A stretch of 63,892 nucleotides of DNA, counting the filler, from Choristocarpus tenellus KU-1152 (Eukaryota; Protista; Phaeophyceae): assembly GCA_964200185.2 (NCBI GenBank). It is 12 parts of 12 records of this genome, joined end to end, with 100 filler letters (N's around TTAATTAATTAA, not from the genome) between each part and the next. Parts side by side here need not be neighbours in the genome. Positions count along the whole stretch, not along the records: positions 36,668 to 41,322 come from CAXNAD020013608.1; positions 41,423 to 46,124 come from CAXNAD020013408.1; positions 46,225 to 53,706 come from CAXNAD020006090.1; 9 more parts are not named here. One strand, written 5' to 3'. The position numbers and the translations under genes were made by a program. Below are positions 39,361-53,170 of the stretch, one piece after another. Under the pieces are notes generated by a model. It searched no databases, was not told where the DNA came from, and saw nothing but the letters and a program-made list of their open reading frames with translations. Position 1 is the stretch's first letter; each line of letters opens with the position of its first letter.

Positions 39361-40639
39361 TCATCCTAGAGGCGACTGCCGGCACTTTATACATTACATG
39401 GACTAGTTCTTGACGTCCACACCATCCTCCTCACCACCAGTGATACCACTCTCCATCTCCAGCCAGATCTGCCAGCATCCAACAGGGAAAAGAGTGGTGG
39501 GTTCCATCATTTACTGTTACATATATTTAGGAAAAGAACTCGTAACATAACGTTTGGTCTTCATTTTTTCCAAGTGAAGTGAAGGTTTATGAATCGCACA
39601 CAGGTTCACCTTCTGAGGTAAGATAGACCTTTTTAATTTTCCATTTTTGTGGTGCACTTTAGACCCACCATATACAACCCTCAATTGAAACCGTTCAAAA
39701 AATATATTTCCTCCGTTCAGAATTAAATGTAACATAACTTTTGCAACCAGTATCAGTATCGTTATCGTTATCAGTATCACTATCCCTGCAGTTTCCCTGC
39801 AGTGTGGGTTTGATTCGATTGACGACCTCCAGATAAGGTCTAGGGCTTCGTCTGGAGCTACGGCTGGAGCTACGGTCAGAGCTGAGGTTTGGGCTAGGGT
39901 TAGTCCTGATCATGAGCAATTTTAGATAGATGACACCCATCCAGTTGATGGCATTGGTCGTTCATGTATTTTTCGTGTTGGCAAATGCCGCAAAAACAAA
40001 AGAAATAAATATCCCACAGTACCTACTCTTTATGTATGTAGGAAAGTATGGAGGTGACAATGCACTATACTCGAGCAATTCAATTACAGTAAACGCCACG
40101 AACACATACGCTTGCGTACTTGAGTAGTGGTTGGTTGTCGTTGTTTTATTTTCACCGTAACAACGACCACCCCCCTCTTTGGGCTGTTTTGTGAGCTGTG
40201 ATGACCAGAAAGATCGAAAGAGAGATGCGACATGTAAGTAATAATGTTATTGGAGCTGGGTAGCTGTGGCACAGGAGGGAGAGGCCACCTCAGGGTGGTG
40301 TGTACCTAACCGGACCAGTTGAATGGTTGGTCAGCGTGGCTATGAGAGTGATCAGTACTGCTACCAGCCGGTCCCTAGGGCTTCCCGTACAAAATGGGCA
40401 TAGACGGAGATTAGACTGGGCAGTTGACACTATAATCGTGATTCTGTCGATGGGTTTGGTGTCAGGTTGAAAAAATCCTGTTAGGTGAGGGAGCTTGGCT
40501 GGCGCAATGACAGCGAGCCGATCGTATCTTGGTGTGTGGGGTCTTGTCGTGTATACTACTACACACACATAAAATACTATTAGTCGTCTTCAATTCTTTC
40601 TACACGTACAGGAGGTGGTGATGTGTGATATTTGTGGAA

Positions 40640-41110
40640 TATCTCTTTTTCCTTGTGCATGTGTGGACGAGAAGTGAATATAATCCTCAAAGATGGGCAA
40701 GGTGCGTACCTGCACCCCACTGAGGATCCCCCTAACCCCGCACGGGCACGGAATAAGCGTTACATTTCGGAAATGATGTTGGTTCCAGCTATGACCCACC
40801 TAGGAACCTCTCCAATGGTGCATTTTTCGATGGTAAAGTCGTTATCTGACCAACTGTGAACTCTATGGTCCCTCAGCCCTCCTGTAAGTACTGCACCTTA
40901 AGCATGATGGTGCTTGTGGTGGCCATGGTAGACGGGTAGTGGAATAAGAAGCCGATGATCGAGGATTTCATCCCAGCAATCAAGGCCCCAGCGCCCAGGG
41001 CAAAAGGACACACCATCTTTGTACAGCAGGGCGGGGCAAGGCTACACACCAATGGGAGGGTCATGGAGGCAATCGAGGATGTGGTGGGGGACGACAATGT
41101 CATAGAAACA
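40640..41110 (+). pseudogene. Mariner-like (plant/oomycete type) transposase remnant
   Basis: NKRYISEMMLVPAM, FFDGK and FIPAIKA...TIFVQQGGARLHT (cf. KRYITKVMF, FDGKIG, IQQDNA.PH), with frameshifts. Confidence 0.75.
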
Positions 41111-42419
41111 TAGTCAGCCAACTCACCTGAGAGCCAAAGTATCTTAGAGGGTAGATCCGCGTCCATTTGGGGTCCACAATCCAAGGTTGCGATTTTGATG
41201 TAGTTTTGGCTATCGTGTTTGTTAGGAACTCTCTGTATCCTTGTTCAGGACACACCTTTTCAAAACGTATACATTTTACCTAATCTTAAGACCCAAAGTA
41301 TCTGGGAGGGGGGGGGGGGGGTNNNNNNNNNNNNNNNNNNNNNNNNNNNNNNNNNNNNNNNNNNNNTTAATTAATTAANNNNNNNNNNNNNNNNNNNNNN
41401 NNNNNNNNNNNNNNNNNNNNNNGGTGTTTGAGTCTGGACCCCGATCAGACTTCTGGGCTGAAGAATTGAGACTGACAGGCGACAACAGGGTGAGCAAGTC
41501 GCTTGAACGATGGGGGGCCTCCATCCTAGGTGCCCCAATAAACACCCACTTTGATTGTCTCACAAGGTTTTGAACCCCTTCAGATGTGACTTGGTCGACT
41601 TTGCATTGATGATCCTCCACAGTCACGACAGCCCAACATCTCAAACTTTGCACACCTCCCAATCTATATGAGAACTAAGCCTCATCCAGAGGGTTTATCA
41701 CATGAATCGTTCCAGGATGAAAACAGAGCTTGCAAAAGTTACATTATATTTAGTTATGAACGGAGGAAGTACTTGAATACCAGGTATATATACTACAACA
41801 CTCCCTGATTTGTTCTCAAAATCGGCAGCCACTCGACGTTTTGACGACTTTTTGACTTAAGTATAATATTTTTCTTTTAAGGCTGCCCAAACTACTACGG
41901 AAAAGCCGAGTGTGGAGAAGGGGTCAATTCATCATCTCTACATCTACTATAGTTTGTTACCTGGTAAGAAAAGTGGAATAGGATCTGGTATTGAGTAGTA
42001 CAAGCTTGTGAAGTAGTATTACCCAATTCCTGTAGCAGAACAAGTATTATTACTTCGACCTGCTAATTAGTACTTCAAAATATTAATATTTTTCAAGTGA
42101 GTCAAGGCAAACAAGAGGTACCCAGGTTTTGGCCGTTTTGCATTGCAAGCCAGTTTTTCAGTCTTTTGCAATTAACCCAAGTTCCTGTATGGATGAAGTG
42201 CTAGTTTGACTTGAGATGGCTGACTTCTATTATGTTTAAAACTTTTCGAAAAAATTTGGAAGATATCCTACACGCATTATTAAAAAAAGGTCGAATTTGG
42301 CACATATTTGCCGACATCCTTCAAATGAACTCTGTGTACCTCTCACTTACTTTGACTCACTACAACTACTATTGTAAAAATTATGTTACTGAAAACTTTG
42401 CTGGGGAGTAGCCTAATTG

Positions 42420-43380
42420 TTGCTCCAGTAATTTCTTTTTGTGAAGGATAAGATAGGTTGATCTAGGGTGGAGGAGAGGGATGCTACACTGCCCCACTTG
42501 ACAAGATATACTAGATTAAACTGCTCCTATATGATCTGTACATTGTCTTCCTGTACCATCGTATCAACACGTACATACCAAATATGCATGTTGTGAAAAA
42601 GACTTTGCATCACTTGAAATGGTACAGGCCACTCCTTACCAAACCAAAACCAGATGAGCTACTGCTGATCACAGCTATTACCACGTAGGTGGGGTGGCTA
42701 ACGCTCTCCAGTGCACAAAAAAGTGCAGACCAAAAAGTATGGGTGAAACAAACCCACTCCACTCTATACATTACCTTGTCAGGTGTGCATGGTGAGATAC
42801 TCAAAACCGTATCCTAACAGCATTGGTTGTTACAACACGGAGGAGTATAATCTCTCTCTATGCCTCAAGAAAATAATACTATGTGCATCACTAGTTCTTG
42901 CAGGCACAAGTTGTTCGTCCTCATCAACTGTTGAGAGGAAGCCAGTTCCTACTTTGACAACTCCAAGTATACAATACATGCCACAAAACTGTTGGGGGAG
43001 ATGTAGATCTTCAAGTCAGGCAGACAACCGTGGGTGGGGCATATAGCAACATAGAAGTTGCTCAACCATATGAAACTTGAATGAGGGATTGCTCCCAAGT
43101 TCATGGCAAGTAAATCATATTTTCTATTTTCAATGCTTGGATTGGGAAAGTAAATTCTGAACCAGTAAAGTCATCGGTATGGTAGACGGTGAAATGAAAA
43201 GGCAACAGTATGATGGTGTAAGACTATTCCATCATCAGTACACCAACAGTGTAACTTACTTGTAACATCATACCAACACGAGTGACACCCTTACATGCAG
43301 TTGGCAACAATATCTGGTATGCCGACAGATTGACTATACTTACTTTGCTGGCTCAGATACTACGACGAATTAAGAGAGCA
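42420..43380 (-). pseudogene. Copia integrase remnant
   Basis: SISPCTP and TFWSAL...A resemble the PxTPxxNGxxER and FWxxA integrase motifs; heavily decayed. Confidence 0.45.
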
Positions 43381-44480
43381 AAAGTCGAAATAACATCACT
43401 TCTTTAGTTGGAGGTGGAGCAGGGTTGTAAACAAAAAGCCAAATTTCCATTTGTTTTTGTGTGTTTGTCAGCAACAGACTTCTCGGCAATTTCAGTGTGT
43501 CTCCAAGAGGGGAATGGCTCAACTCTTTGTGTACAGAGCACACCTACAACAATACCTCTGTCCCTGTGCCTGACAAGTTACTCATGTATAACACATATTA
43601 CACGAGTTGCCAGGCGATGGTAATTGCTGTCAACAGGAGTTGTGCTATGCAGTACAGAGTATGGCAAGATCCTCCCTATGCAAGAAGTTGATGACCAGCT
43701 TAAGGACTTGTCCCCCCTGAGGATCATAGCTTGTCCTGTGAAGGCCTACTGTGGAAAGTCTCACTGCCATCCAACTACTAACCATCCTGCGGAAGAGAGA
43801 GGAGGGGAGGAGAGAACCGACCGCATTTCCCTCACCAAAGAGATAAAAGTCCGAAACTCACACCTTAGAAGAATTGATTGAACACACTGTACATGATATA
43901 CCAACTTACAAGTGAGGGAGCATGTCACTGATCAGTGATTGAGAAAAAAGCACAAAAAAACAGGAATACGCCTACCGTAGGTGGACAATAGAGTCAGAAC
44001 CTGGATGTGGTGTACCCTCTCATCATCAGCTACTACCACCAGAGAAACTACTGCAAACACTACAGGCAGATGAACTACAACTTCAAATTCTTAGTCATCA
44101 CAAATTAGGTATATTACTGGGTGTTCTCTTGACACATGAAGGTGTGAAGAAAGCACAACACTAATCACCAAGCAAGGCACAGACACGGACAGGTTAGCCC
44201 CGTGCCCATATGCAACACACACACACCAAGCATCATAAAACCAAACACCCTCTAACCTCTCACAACTCCAGCTCTATGAAGAGGGAAAAGGGTCGACTAA
44301 ATACATGCTGGGGGTCATTCTTCTATCACGAACTAGATTCCCTCACATACTTCTCATTTCCCCAGCTCCCTCACCAGTTGACTATCTTCTGGCGGGGATC
44401 ACACATGGCAACTCCCTAGGTCCATGTACTTTTCAATGGGTCAACAAGGTCCCTATCTGTACTTTTGACCCGCTGATTAA

Positions 44481-45664
44481 TCAAGCTACACCTACATCAC
44501 TACCACAAAGCATAGTCATAGCCAGGCCAGATAGTGCGACATGCATTGCTGTGTCCACAGAGGGGTCACCTGTCATGACCATAAGCTCTGGCTGCATGAG
44601 GTCCGACTGGCTGCTCGACGAAGCACTCAGGATGGCGGTTAGAACGCTCACACCTGCCATAATTCCCACCCAAAAGCGCCAGTCCCTGGACAGTTCCAAC
44701 CACCTCCGCTTGTTCGGTCTAATGGTCTTCATTTTCTTCCAACTCGGTAACTCTACTCGCATTGCTTTTTTGGTGGATTTTTTCGTGTCGGACGAAAATT
44801 TATCCCAGGTTGTCTTCTTTTTTACCTTCTTAGGGATCTTGCGTACATCCCTCGTCACATTACGCGGTTTCTTGACCTCCTTTTCCTCCATATCGTCAAA
44901 CCGCACCTTCCCTTGCGCCCTTTCTTTTTTCTCCGATTCATCCAAGTCATCCCACCCGAGGGGACGAGGTATTCCTTCCAGCTCACCAGCGTTGAGCTTC
45001 CTGAGTTCCTCATCCCAATCAATCGTTGTCTGGAGCGATGTCACAAGGATATATTATATGAATCATATATGGTTAGGTATTGCAATAGATGAACACAATG
45101 GTATCTCATTTTGGTGCAAAACATATGCTGCTCTTTCGTCTTCGACGTGGAAAGGTCTGCTGGACGAAACTGGGTTAGATATCAAACAAGTTGAATGAGT
45201 ATTGGGTCTCTGCATTACATGACTCCTTCAAAAGGACTGCATTGTCCTCATCTCGTTTGATGGGGGAAAATTTTATACTCACCTCAAATTCAGGATCGTC
45301 CATCTCTGTGCCTTGCATGACGAGAAGATGCTCACAAGGTCGGGGTAGAGTTCCTGTAATGAAGGAGCGACCAAGGTGAGCATATGAATAGGATAATATT
45401 TTTTTCATCTTTGACACCTTACACTACAAGTAGGCCTACTGGTTGATAGGGTAGAAGAATTAAATAGAAGGTTACGAAACCCTTTCAGCATGCGCACTCA
45501 CCATGAAGTCCCACAGGATGGGAATAGGGGGTTACCCATTGTTTTGTCGCAGACTTACTCTCACTCCCGACCTTGACCAAAATATTCCTCGCGGTAAAGC
45601 TTTCCACTCCGACAAAGGTCGTGCCCAGCCAGCAGGTTAGCAAAATGGCAGGTGACTTCATCAT
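44481..45664 (-). CDS. Plastid-targeted hypothetical membrane protein, about 260 aa; exons 45664-45502, 45353-45283, 45029-44481
   Basis: Phase-consistent GTGAGT/CAG introns. N-terminus MMKSPAILLTCWLGTTFVGVES-F reads as signal peptide plus ASAFAP-like site; Lys-rich middle; TM segment DWRFWVGIMAGVSVLTAIL. Confidence 0.8.
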
Positions 45665-46439
45665 AGACTCTGTATCAACAACTCAGAGAAAGCTCATAGA
45701 TGTGTCAAGTTGCTGTATACGAATATTTCACATATAAGAGTAGTAGAAGTTCAAGGGTTAGGACTATCCTGTACAAATACACCTCCGGGGGAGGTATGAT
45801 CCTCTATTATTATCTTAAATATGCATCTCCAAATGTGAAACGCATAATAATAAAAATATATATTCCAAACAGAAAGTTAATGAAGTAATCTGCGTTTTGC
45901 AGATGGAAGAATTCTGGTTGGTTGGGGGCAGAGGTGAAGGGAGGGGATAGAGGGAAGAAGAATAAGACTTAGCAAGAAGGGAACGAATAGTTAACTACTG
46001 AGGGACTTAAGGGAGGGATAAGAGAAGTTAATGAAGTGAATGTAGGTGGAGGTACAGGGGAAGAAGGAACGGTCAGTATTTAAAAGATTGCCGAGAGGGC
46101 TGGGGGTAAAAGATGAGGAGGGCGNNNNNNNNNNNNNNNNNNNNNNNNNNNNNNNNNNNNNNNNNNNNTTAATTAATTAANNNNNNNNNNNNNNNNNNNN
46201 NNNNNNNNNNNNNNNNNNNNNNNNGGGGGTTGGCGGGTGCGCTCTACACCAGGGTGTCCATTCGAGCCCTAATCAGGAAAAGTGAACTTTCATTATCGAT
46301 CCAACGCATGCAACCAAATCACCCAAAAATCGTGACATGGAAAAATGGACCCCGATTGGACACCTGCCACCCCCCCGCAGATACTTTGGGTCAAATCACA
46401 TCAAGTGAAAGGATGCTTTTGAAGTTGGAGTAAGTTAAA

Positions 46440-47330
46440 CTTCCACATGGATCAGACATTGCTACAGTAGAATACTTATAATATCTGGATAGGGGGAACA
46501 AGATCTAAGAATTACACGGGTACAACAGTAGTTGGGAAATGAAGAAGTGGCTAGGGAAAAGCACCAGCAATGTGGAATTTCGGTCAAATGGAGGAGTACA
46601 ATAGATGTATGATGGCCCAAGGGAGGAAGGGAGTTAGATGCGGTTAAGGGGTAGTTGCAGCAGGAAGTGTGTAACCCATGGAGATGTAGCACCTGAGTTG
46701 TTGGTGTGGGATAAGACGAAGAGAACAGTGCATATGTGCAATGAGAGGGACCAAATTAGTCTAGCATTTTGAAGACCAAGCGTGGTATTGAGGTGTAGAA
46801 CAACAACACACCACTATTCCAAGATGGTATTGTGTGGAGGTACAGGCCGTTCGGTGCCAGGTATCTAGATGTATTTCCAGACACAAAGAATGCAGGTGAA
46901 AATCCTCAGTTAAAGCTGATATGTCGCACAACGGAACAATTCAATGTAACGGATAGATTGGAGAAAAGTGGGCACCTGCTACTTTGATCAGAGTGCGATT
47001 GAACAGGCTATGTTAAGACTGGCAACTGTTAAGATGCAGCAGAATGTGGATGATGTGTGAATATGAGTGCCATACGTTGTGAGAATACCGTTAGCCATGA
47101 TGTTGGATTACTGCCTCGGTACAGAACCATAGTATATCCCAGCATGTAATGGAGGATAATACCTATAGGTAGTATAGGAGTATCAACAGGATCCATGAGT
47201 ATACTTTCTTGGGGGGTTTCGTGGAACACTCATGAATTTGAATGCATTTCAGGTGAGAAGGTAGACAAGTGACAAGAATTGTAGTTAGGAGATACTGACA
47301 GTCAGATCATTTTGTACTATTTTGAAGTTG
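46440..47330 (-). pseudogene. Probable decayed non-LTR retroelement ORF
   Basis: RYL(G/A)-like RT motif at about 46860 and coding-like strand bias; many stops. Confidence 0.3.
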
Positions 47331-47499
47331 AAGTAAAGTTCTACAGAGCAATATCACGATGTCAAAGAGTGCTACATATCAACTTCATGCTGCAATAGAA
47401 TGCAAAAAAGAACCTACAAATAGCTCAATAGTCCCAAAACACCCTATTAGTGATCTAAAAACAGAGAAAAGCATTCAGATACCTCAAAGATCATCAATA

Positions 47500-48450
47500 C
47501 TTGATATACAGCTCTTTGACATTCCTAAGAGAAAGGCACCATGTTCTCCTACACCACCGTCAAGCTTCTGTCACACCGTAAGGGTTGCCAGAAGAGTTGA
47601 AACAGTACACTGGAGATCCCCGACGAAGACTTGCCACTGTTATAGAAATTGTGATACTATTTCTTAAGAGCACTGCACCATTGAAGTTTCAGTACGATAA
47701 AACTCTCAACTTGAAAGAGACACCGATGGGATATATGTACGACATGTGCACACAAGTATGCTGTATCAACACCTCCATCAGGTATCAAGAACCAGTTGAT
47801 GCATTTGACAGGGAGGGGATTCAAGTTCTGCCAATACAATTGGCCTACGAACCAAATTTAATGCAGCAAACCGTATGTTCGTGCCTCGTAAGACTGTTAA
47901 ACTGGAGTAGATGCTAGAATCCTTGCTGGCCCAAGGTTTTTTATGGGAGAGGATAACAGTCAAATCGAAGCAGGACAAGAGAGAGAAGCTCCAAACATAC
48001 GTCCTGCACTGCTACTAGACTTTGACCAAGATTTCCTTCCAGTTAAGGGTCGTGCTTTGTACCAGAATATTGCGTGAGGAAGACATGCCAAGTATGTACC
48101 TGTCCAAGGCATTTACCCACTTTTTAGTTTGCGAAACGTGCTGAGGTGAGAAAGAAGAGTTCATGAAGGGTAGCAAGAATGCATTGATAATCGCTACTCT
48201 TGTTAGATTCTGTGAAGGCGACATGCAGATGGACCAATTCGAAGTAATGGTTTGTCTTTAAACTGAGAGCACAACTTCTGCAACAAGCGCAACTTCTGCA
48301 ACAAGACACACACACATGTACATCATTACCGCCATTTCACCATGGGTCCATAGCTAACAACTTTCAAGACGTGCATGACGAAATCAATGGTACTCCAACC
48401 TTTGCCATTCTTCTACGAGTGTCCATCAGTGCAAAGAATAAGGATGCGAA
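47500..48450 (-). pseudogene. Copia GAG-pre-integrase/integrase remnant
   Basis: HARL (cf. WHxRLGH), CRSC, FELVHL (cf. LELVHxD) and TAYL motifs occur in order. Confidence 0.65.
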
Positions 48451-48910
48451 GCACTAAGGTTTCATGAGCAAATCCTATCCCTAAATAAAATCAGGTGAGC
48501 GGAAGAGTGAGTGAAGGGTCTGGGGAAAACAAAACAGATACCCTTTCTCAGGGATCTCGCCAGTGAATTTCAAATTCAAAGTATTTTCCTGACGTCGAAT
48601 GAAGGGCAGTTGGGCATTTTGCGCCACCACCCGCCAAGAACCTATCAAATGGAATGCGTATGTACATATGTATCCTGTGGAGGTCGTCACAGTCTTTCAA
48701 CACGGTGATTTGAGTGGATGTTTTGAAAAGATTGTTGGAAAAGAAATCTGAACGAAATCTTGTTTTTGTTTTTTCCCTCTATTCCCACAAGCCGCTCTCG
48801 AGCGCTGCGCGCTAAATCAAACACCATGATCCTATAATCCAATCTGCACTACCCTTCCAATCTGCACTCGCTAGGAACGGGACTTCAGTGTGTCTGGGGT
48901 GCAGCAGAGG

Positions 48911-51526
48911 ATGAGTTTCCTAAATAGTGAACAAGAACGGGTAGGGCCTGCCATACCATCTGGTGTCAAGGCTCCAGGCGGACTTACTCCCCTAGAGGAG
49001 GATCAGGTCCAGGCTGAGCAGCTCGCTTCCAGTTTAATTGAACGCAAGTTTAAAGAACCGGCCAATCTAGAGGTAAGAAGACATAGATGGAACAGCAACA
49101 TAATGCCCGTTTGGCTACTATCCTACGCGGGGGGTAACGGGGGGTGGGAAACGAGTAAACATCTGGCATTGGACATCTGGGTTGTAAGGACTATATTGCG
49201 CGACTTGGTCGCTCTCCACACTTTCCTTCCTTGGAGAGGTGCTTCTGATCAGAGAGTGACCCCCAGTAGTGGTGTGAAATGGATTATGTATGATGTGCTC
49301 TCTCTTTATCGATGTTTCAGTTAGCCACACCCTACCTACAGTGTCAGCAACAGCCAACGGCACGTGTTGTCCTGATGAAAGAACGTCAACACGAGGACGC
49401 TCTATGGCCATTTACAATTGGAATAACTGGGGACTAGGTCCTTGCACTCATTGCTAGAGGATTTCGATTTAATATGTGACATGTAGTTATCTCATGATGC
49501 ATCTGCTACCGTTGGACTTAAAGGCCCAACATATTTGTTTGATGTTTTCCTAGTTGCCAACGATATTTTCCTACCGTTCACTACGACCGACGACGTACAC
49601 TAAGCCTTTTTTATTTGCGTGGCCGCCAGGTATAACGTGCTAGATACCTTGGTCTTAGAAGAAGAAATTATTACCTGTACGAAATACTTGCTGTCTTTTA
49701 AAGCAGTTTTTATTGTAGGGGTAGTGGCTACCCTCTATCACAACAGCAGCACTTTGAGAGCCAGCTTTTCACTTTTTGTGGGATGCTGTCATAGAAGCTC
49801 CATCGCAGCACTTATCAAAGCGTACTTGAACAAGGGCGCTTATGTGGTGATATTGCAGTCTTAGGACAGCTAGTTGTCTATACTGCATTGTCCACTTTTC
49901 ACCAACGAGATGGATAAAGAAAACTGTGGCAATATATGCGTATATGTGTGTGTAGTAGTAGCAATAGTAGTATCAAATTATCATGGATTTGAACAAAATA
50001 AGATGTGGAGGTATGAGAAAGATAACTTATTGTGGTTACTCACCAATATGTCCATATGAAATACAAGATATAACCTTATTCAATTACTACACTAGTTTTA
50101 TGCCGTTCCCTTGTCAAATCATCACACCCCACATTTCGAGGTGTTCGCTTAATTTGAAGGCACTGACTGCTGCAGGCACAAGAATTTGCTGAGCTTCGCA
50201 TCATGTTTGCTTGTTTGCCGCAATCCCTATGATTGAGAGCAAAGTTGTGGATAGTACATAGATATGTGCCATCAAATGTCACATGGGGCTTATGTAAAAC
50301 ACTCCTGAAGAGCACTTTATCCCTGAAGGACAAACCTTTTCCTTTTCACAGGAGATTGAGGAGATGGTGGTGGAGTACCGGCGGAAGCTTGCTGCCATGG
50401 AGAGCCAGCTCAGCACCATGGTCAGGGCTCGACTAGATGGGGTGAAGAGAGCAAGGGACCTCATCGAGGGCAGTGCATCTGAGATATCACGCCTACATCG
50501 GCAGTTTGCCAAGATGGAGCAGTGAGTGCGAATGTCTTTGCAAGTGGTTAATTTAGGGCTGATTTTGATGTGTCGTTTCATTAATGCACCGATCTTTTGT
50601 TTGGATTTCTGATGGGAGAGTTTCCATGATCTTGTTTGTTGTCGCAGGTCGGATGGCTGTTGCGTGTGACCTTTTCAAAGCGCCCTATCGCTGGCGATAG
50701 CCTTGATCAATCCCCATCGCTGGCGATAGCCGTGATCAATCCCCATCGCTGGCGATAGCCGTGATCAATCCCTATCCTGGAGGAGTAGATGCTCGAAGAT
50801 TGTGTACTTGCCCGATGAGTCTTTTAAGTTTTGCCGTGATACATACGCATTTAGGGTTAGGGATAGTGGACGATATATTTTGCGTACTTCCCGTTAATTC
50901 CGAGCTTTTAGATGTGTCACACATGGCTGTGTAGAGGGCAAGGTGTACGTAGGTGTATGTGGCTTTGGGGGGTCAAATGCTCCCTCTGCCTTGTCCTTTG
51001 TAGGAACAAACTGCTCTTGCCTACAACATATCTCACCCTGAACCTGTCCCTCTATTCCAACCCTCTTTAAAGCTGTGGAGTTCTTAGAATGATCCAATGT
51101 CTGCTTAAGAAACACGCTTCAAATGGAATGCAGTAGCTCAATATGAACACTTCGCTACAGATACCTTTTTGCTTGCTTATGCAAATGATTTTTGGAGGCT
51201 TGCTTGCTCAAATATTACAACGTGGTTAAACCTAGCCCAGGCAAGAAGACTCTCTAGACAATATTTCTGAGGTCCACTCCCTCAGACCTCACCGTCCCTG
51301 CCTATGCTGTTGTTCTCCAACCCCTCCCTTGACCCGACGGAAATGAAACACATCAAACTGATTGGTGGAACGAAACAAGGCTGTGCCATGAGGGGGAGGG
51401 GCAGGGGCTTTTTGGGAAATACCCTCACATCAAGAAGCTGCACCATGCCCGAACAAACCTGACTGTTACATCCCAGCTGTCAGAGTTCTTCTACACCATC
51501 CCTCAGAAGGCAGAAGCGCTCATGAC
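48911..51526 (+). CDS. SEC6: Exocyst subunit Sec6/EXOC3, first three exons (48911-49072, 50352-50521, 51380-51526); remainder not in this contig
   Basis: Phase-consistent splicing gives EPANLEEIEEMVVEYRRKLAAMESQLSTMVRARLDGVKRARDLI...YPHIKKLHHARTNL...FFYTIP, matching the Sec6 N-terminus pattern. Confidence 0.8.
50683..50778. repeat. 29-bp tandem repeat x3 with an internal palindrome
   Basis: (CCCATCGCTGGCGATAGCCGTGATCAATC)n; ATCGC-TG-GCGAT hairpin; no spacers. Confidence 0.9.
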
Positions 51527-52139
51527 GTGAGCGTTAACCCCCTCCAAAATAGCATGAATTGATGCTTGTTTCTTCTGTTTTCTTATTGTGACAGAAATTG
51601 ACCGGGATGGGAGCCCATGGTGCACCACCTACTCTATATGATATTGTCCTTTCTGGTGATTGCATCACCTCAGTTATTGCTGTATTCCCATGCCAATCAC
51701 AAACCCTCCACTTTTGGAAGATTTTATCCCTGTTCCTAACACTTGTGAGGTGAAATACTTCAACTGTTGTCGAGGGCGTATGTATGCCCATCAAAATTCC
51801 GGATGTGTGTTCAATTTTAATGAGAAAGGCCTGCGGAACTCAAGCCCCCCCCATCCCCACCCTTCAGAGTATTAGACCACGAAAATTCTGATTCTGTACC
51901 TTTGAGCTGTATAAATTTGCTACAGAGTTCCATGGGTCATTACAGGGTTATCAAAAGATTTGAAACCAAAGTACTAACCTAACCCCAAGCGCCCTTAAGC
52001 CTTCAAGGTCTTTGATACTTATGCATTATGTACATTATGTGTGTATGTACGTATTACGTATGTATGCCATGTCCAGATTATGTTACATATGTGACAATAA
52101 ATCTGCACAGCAAGAACTTAGATAAAAAGAATATCTTAC

Positions 52140-52268
52140 ATGCAGTATAGAATATTTTGCATCTTGCTTTGCAAAATCATCTGCTGGTTGGCATGCCCCT
52201 CCACCTTGCCCTTAAGCATTTGGTTCTCCTCCACCAGGCCTTGATTTGCACGCTTAAGGCCTTGCACC
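52140..52268 (-). CDS. Internal exon encoding a coiled coil resembling the heat-shock-factor HR-A/B region
   Basis: ttttcag|(R)VQGLKRANQGLVEENQMLKGKVEGHANQQMILQSKMQNILYCM|gtaag; heptad pattern like HSF LKxENxxL...QQ. Confidence 0.5.
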
Positions 52269-52999
52269 CTGAAAAAAACACACACACACACATAAACACA
52301 CAAAAACACCATACATAGAAGAACAACAGTACCAAGAGAGGAAGAGAACAAGAACAGTAGCGATGAGATCCCAATCGACAACTCACAACCCGGGAACAAA
52401 CTCAGGGGCGGGGGGGGCATTCACATCCTTCTAGTATGACGCTAACCCTAACCCTAACAACTAGATGACTTCATGTCCCTAACAACTAGACGACTTTGTG
52501 TCCCTAACCCCCCTAACCCTAACCCTAACAACTACACAAGTTTCAATGTTTTTGGATTCCTGCAACAGAGCACAGCTTTTCGATCTTTATCCCACTGCCT
52601 TCAAGTTCCAAATATGCACCTCACCACCACCACATCCTACAACATCACATCCCACAACATCACATCCTGCAACATCACCAAGTGCTCGGCATCTCTCTCT
52701 CTCTCTCTCTCTCCACTGTTTCCAACCTGTACGAACTAGTGGACCCCACGCTGAAAAAAATAGAAAAAGAGCCGGTATCACAATCGAAACCTTTCCATTG
52801 GTCGGATATTTCCTCGCGCGTTGGGGCACTGCGAACCACCGCAAAAAAGAAACAAAAAAAACAGAAAAAGGCACGCTGCCTCTCAGCTTCTGGGTCTTTG
52901 CATCCCTCACGCTGAGAAATTTCAACCAAGTGAATGAACATTTCTTAAGCCTCTTCTTCTGTCTATACACACCAAGCACAGTCAATCCTCCAACCCTAT

Positions 53000-53170
53000 A
53001 GTGGTGGTAGTAGTAGTAGTAGCAGCAGCAGCAGCAGCAGCAGTAGCAGTGGTAGTAATAGTAGTAGAAGTAACAGTAGTAATAGCAGAGGTAGAAGTGG
53101 TAGTAGTAATAGTAGTAGCAGTAATAATAGTAATCATAACAATTATACTACTACTAATAATAATGATGAT
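53000..53170. repeat. Compound (GTA/GCA/ATA)n microsatellite
   Basis: Direct trinucleotide runs. Confidence 0.9.

Noticed and set aside
44305-45198. 297-aa plus-strand ORF
   Set aside because: Antisense shadow of the spliced minus-strand gene; Phe/Ser-rich mirror of Lys/Glu codons.
50683-50778. 29-bp palindromic repeats as a CRISPR array
   Set aside because: Units are directly adjacent with no unique spacers, no cas genes are present, and the context is a eukaryotic intron.
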